Source: Phallusia mammillata (Eukaryota). From it: a DNA stretch of 64,000 nucleotides. Below, one piece after another: positions 63,901 to 64,000 of this stretch (the stretch's first letter is position 1; each line of letters starts with the position of its first letter). The notes below the pieces were generated by a model that did no database searches, had not been told where the DNA came from, and saw only the letters and a list, made by a program, of their open reading frames with translations. Where the stretch lies: positions 14,880,001-14,944,000 of the forward strand of contig OZ281494.1 of NCBI GenBank assembly GCA_965637545.1. Reading direction: 5' to 3'. The position numbers and the translations under genes are program-made.

Positions 63901-63964
63901 GACGGCCTTAACTCTTACACGTGTATGTGCCTACCCGGATTTCAGGGACCGAACTGCGAGTCAA
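33963..63964 (+). CDS. JAG: Jagged/Serrate Notch ligand, exons 1-15 (gene continues past the window)
   Basis: Phase-consistent exons 33963-34022 (signal peptide [20 protein letters not shown]), 34820-35137 (MNNL/C2), 39571-39619, 39686-39961 (DSL), 40751-40811, 47643-47776 (DOS EGF1-2), 47843-47962 (EGF3), 49072-49185, 52225-52338, 55888-56001, 56187-56233, 57420-57593 (GC donor), 59305-59455, 60919-61083, 63851-63964. At least 11 EGF repeats, and the interrupted EGF10 ([16 protein letters not shown]) is diagnostic of Jagged/Serrate rather than Delta. Confidence 0.96.
36708..60227. promoter_or_regulatory. Su(H)/RBPJ consensus sites (YGTGRGAA) dispersed through the Jagged introns
   Basis: Matches at 36708, 37820, 40469, 43373, 45578, 46125, 46577, 51796, 52536, 52997, 54858, 55535 and 60220 (both strands, counted by eye). 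Confidence 0.55.
60016..60065. repeat. 27-bp tandem duplication in Jagged intron 13
   Basis: aacg(t/c)ggcctggtg(t)actttaaca occurs twice. Confidence 0.8.
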
Positions 63965-64000
63965 GTAAGCCGCAACTTTTTATAGACGCCCAATTAGGAC

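Overview
This is eukaryotic, intron-rich genomic DNA from an invertebrate chordate, most likely an ascidian (inferred from short introns, mosaic CpG depletion and vertebrate-like exon structures; the species cannot be determined from the sequence). Most supplied six-frame ORFs are spurious or exon fragments, so I rebuilt gene models by hand from splice sites and reading phase. Gene order: 3' part of TGF-beta (+, <1-5196); LRPAP1/RAP (+, 8 exons); a 1.4-kb Helentron/HINE-like element; PEX6 (+, 21 coding exons, 1014 aa); a RING/coiled-coil/6xNHL gene of the NHL-1/Thin(Abba) type (+, 17 exons, 705 aa) with a hAT MITE in its last intron; a TSSK-family kinase (-, 5 exons, 310 aa); a candidate orphan 4-exon gene (+, 131 aa) head-to-head with the kinase and absent from the ORF track; and the first 15 exons of Jagged/Serrate (+, 33963->64000). 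Main leads: the hidden gene paired with TSSK; a Jagged whose DSL Notch-binding motif (RPRDD->EPQAN) and EGF3 O-fucose site are both lost while its introns carry about 13 Su(H)/RBPJ sites; and a TGF-beta that keeps RGD without LXXL and has a remodelled receptor-binding fingertip.
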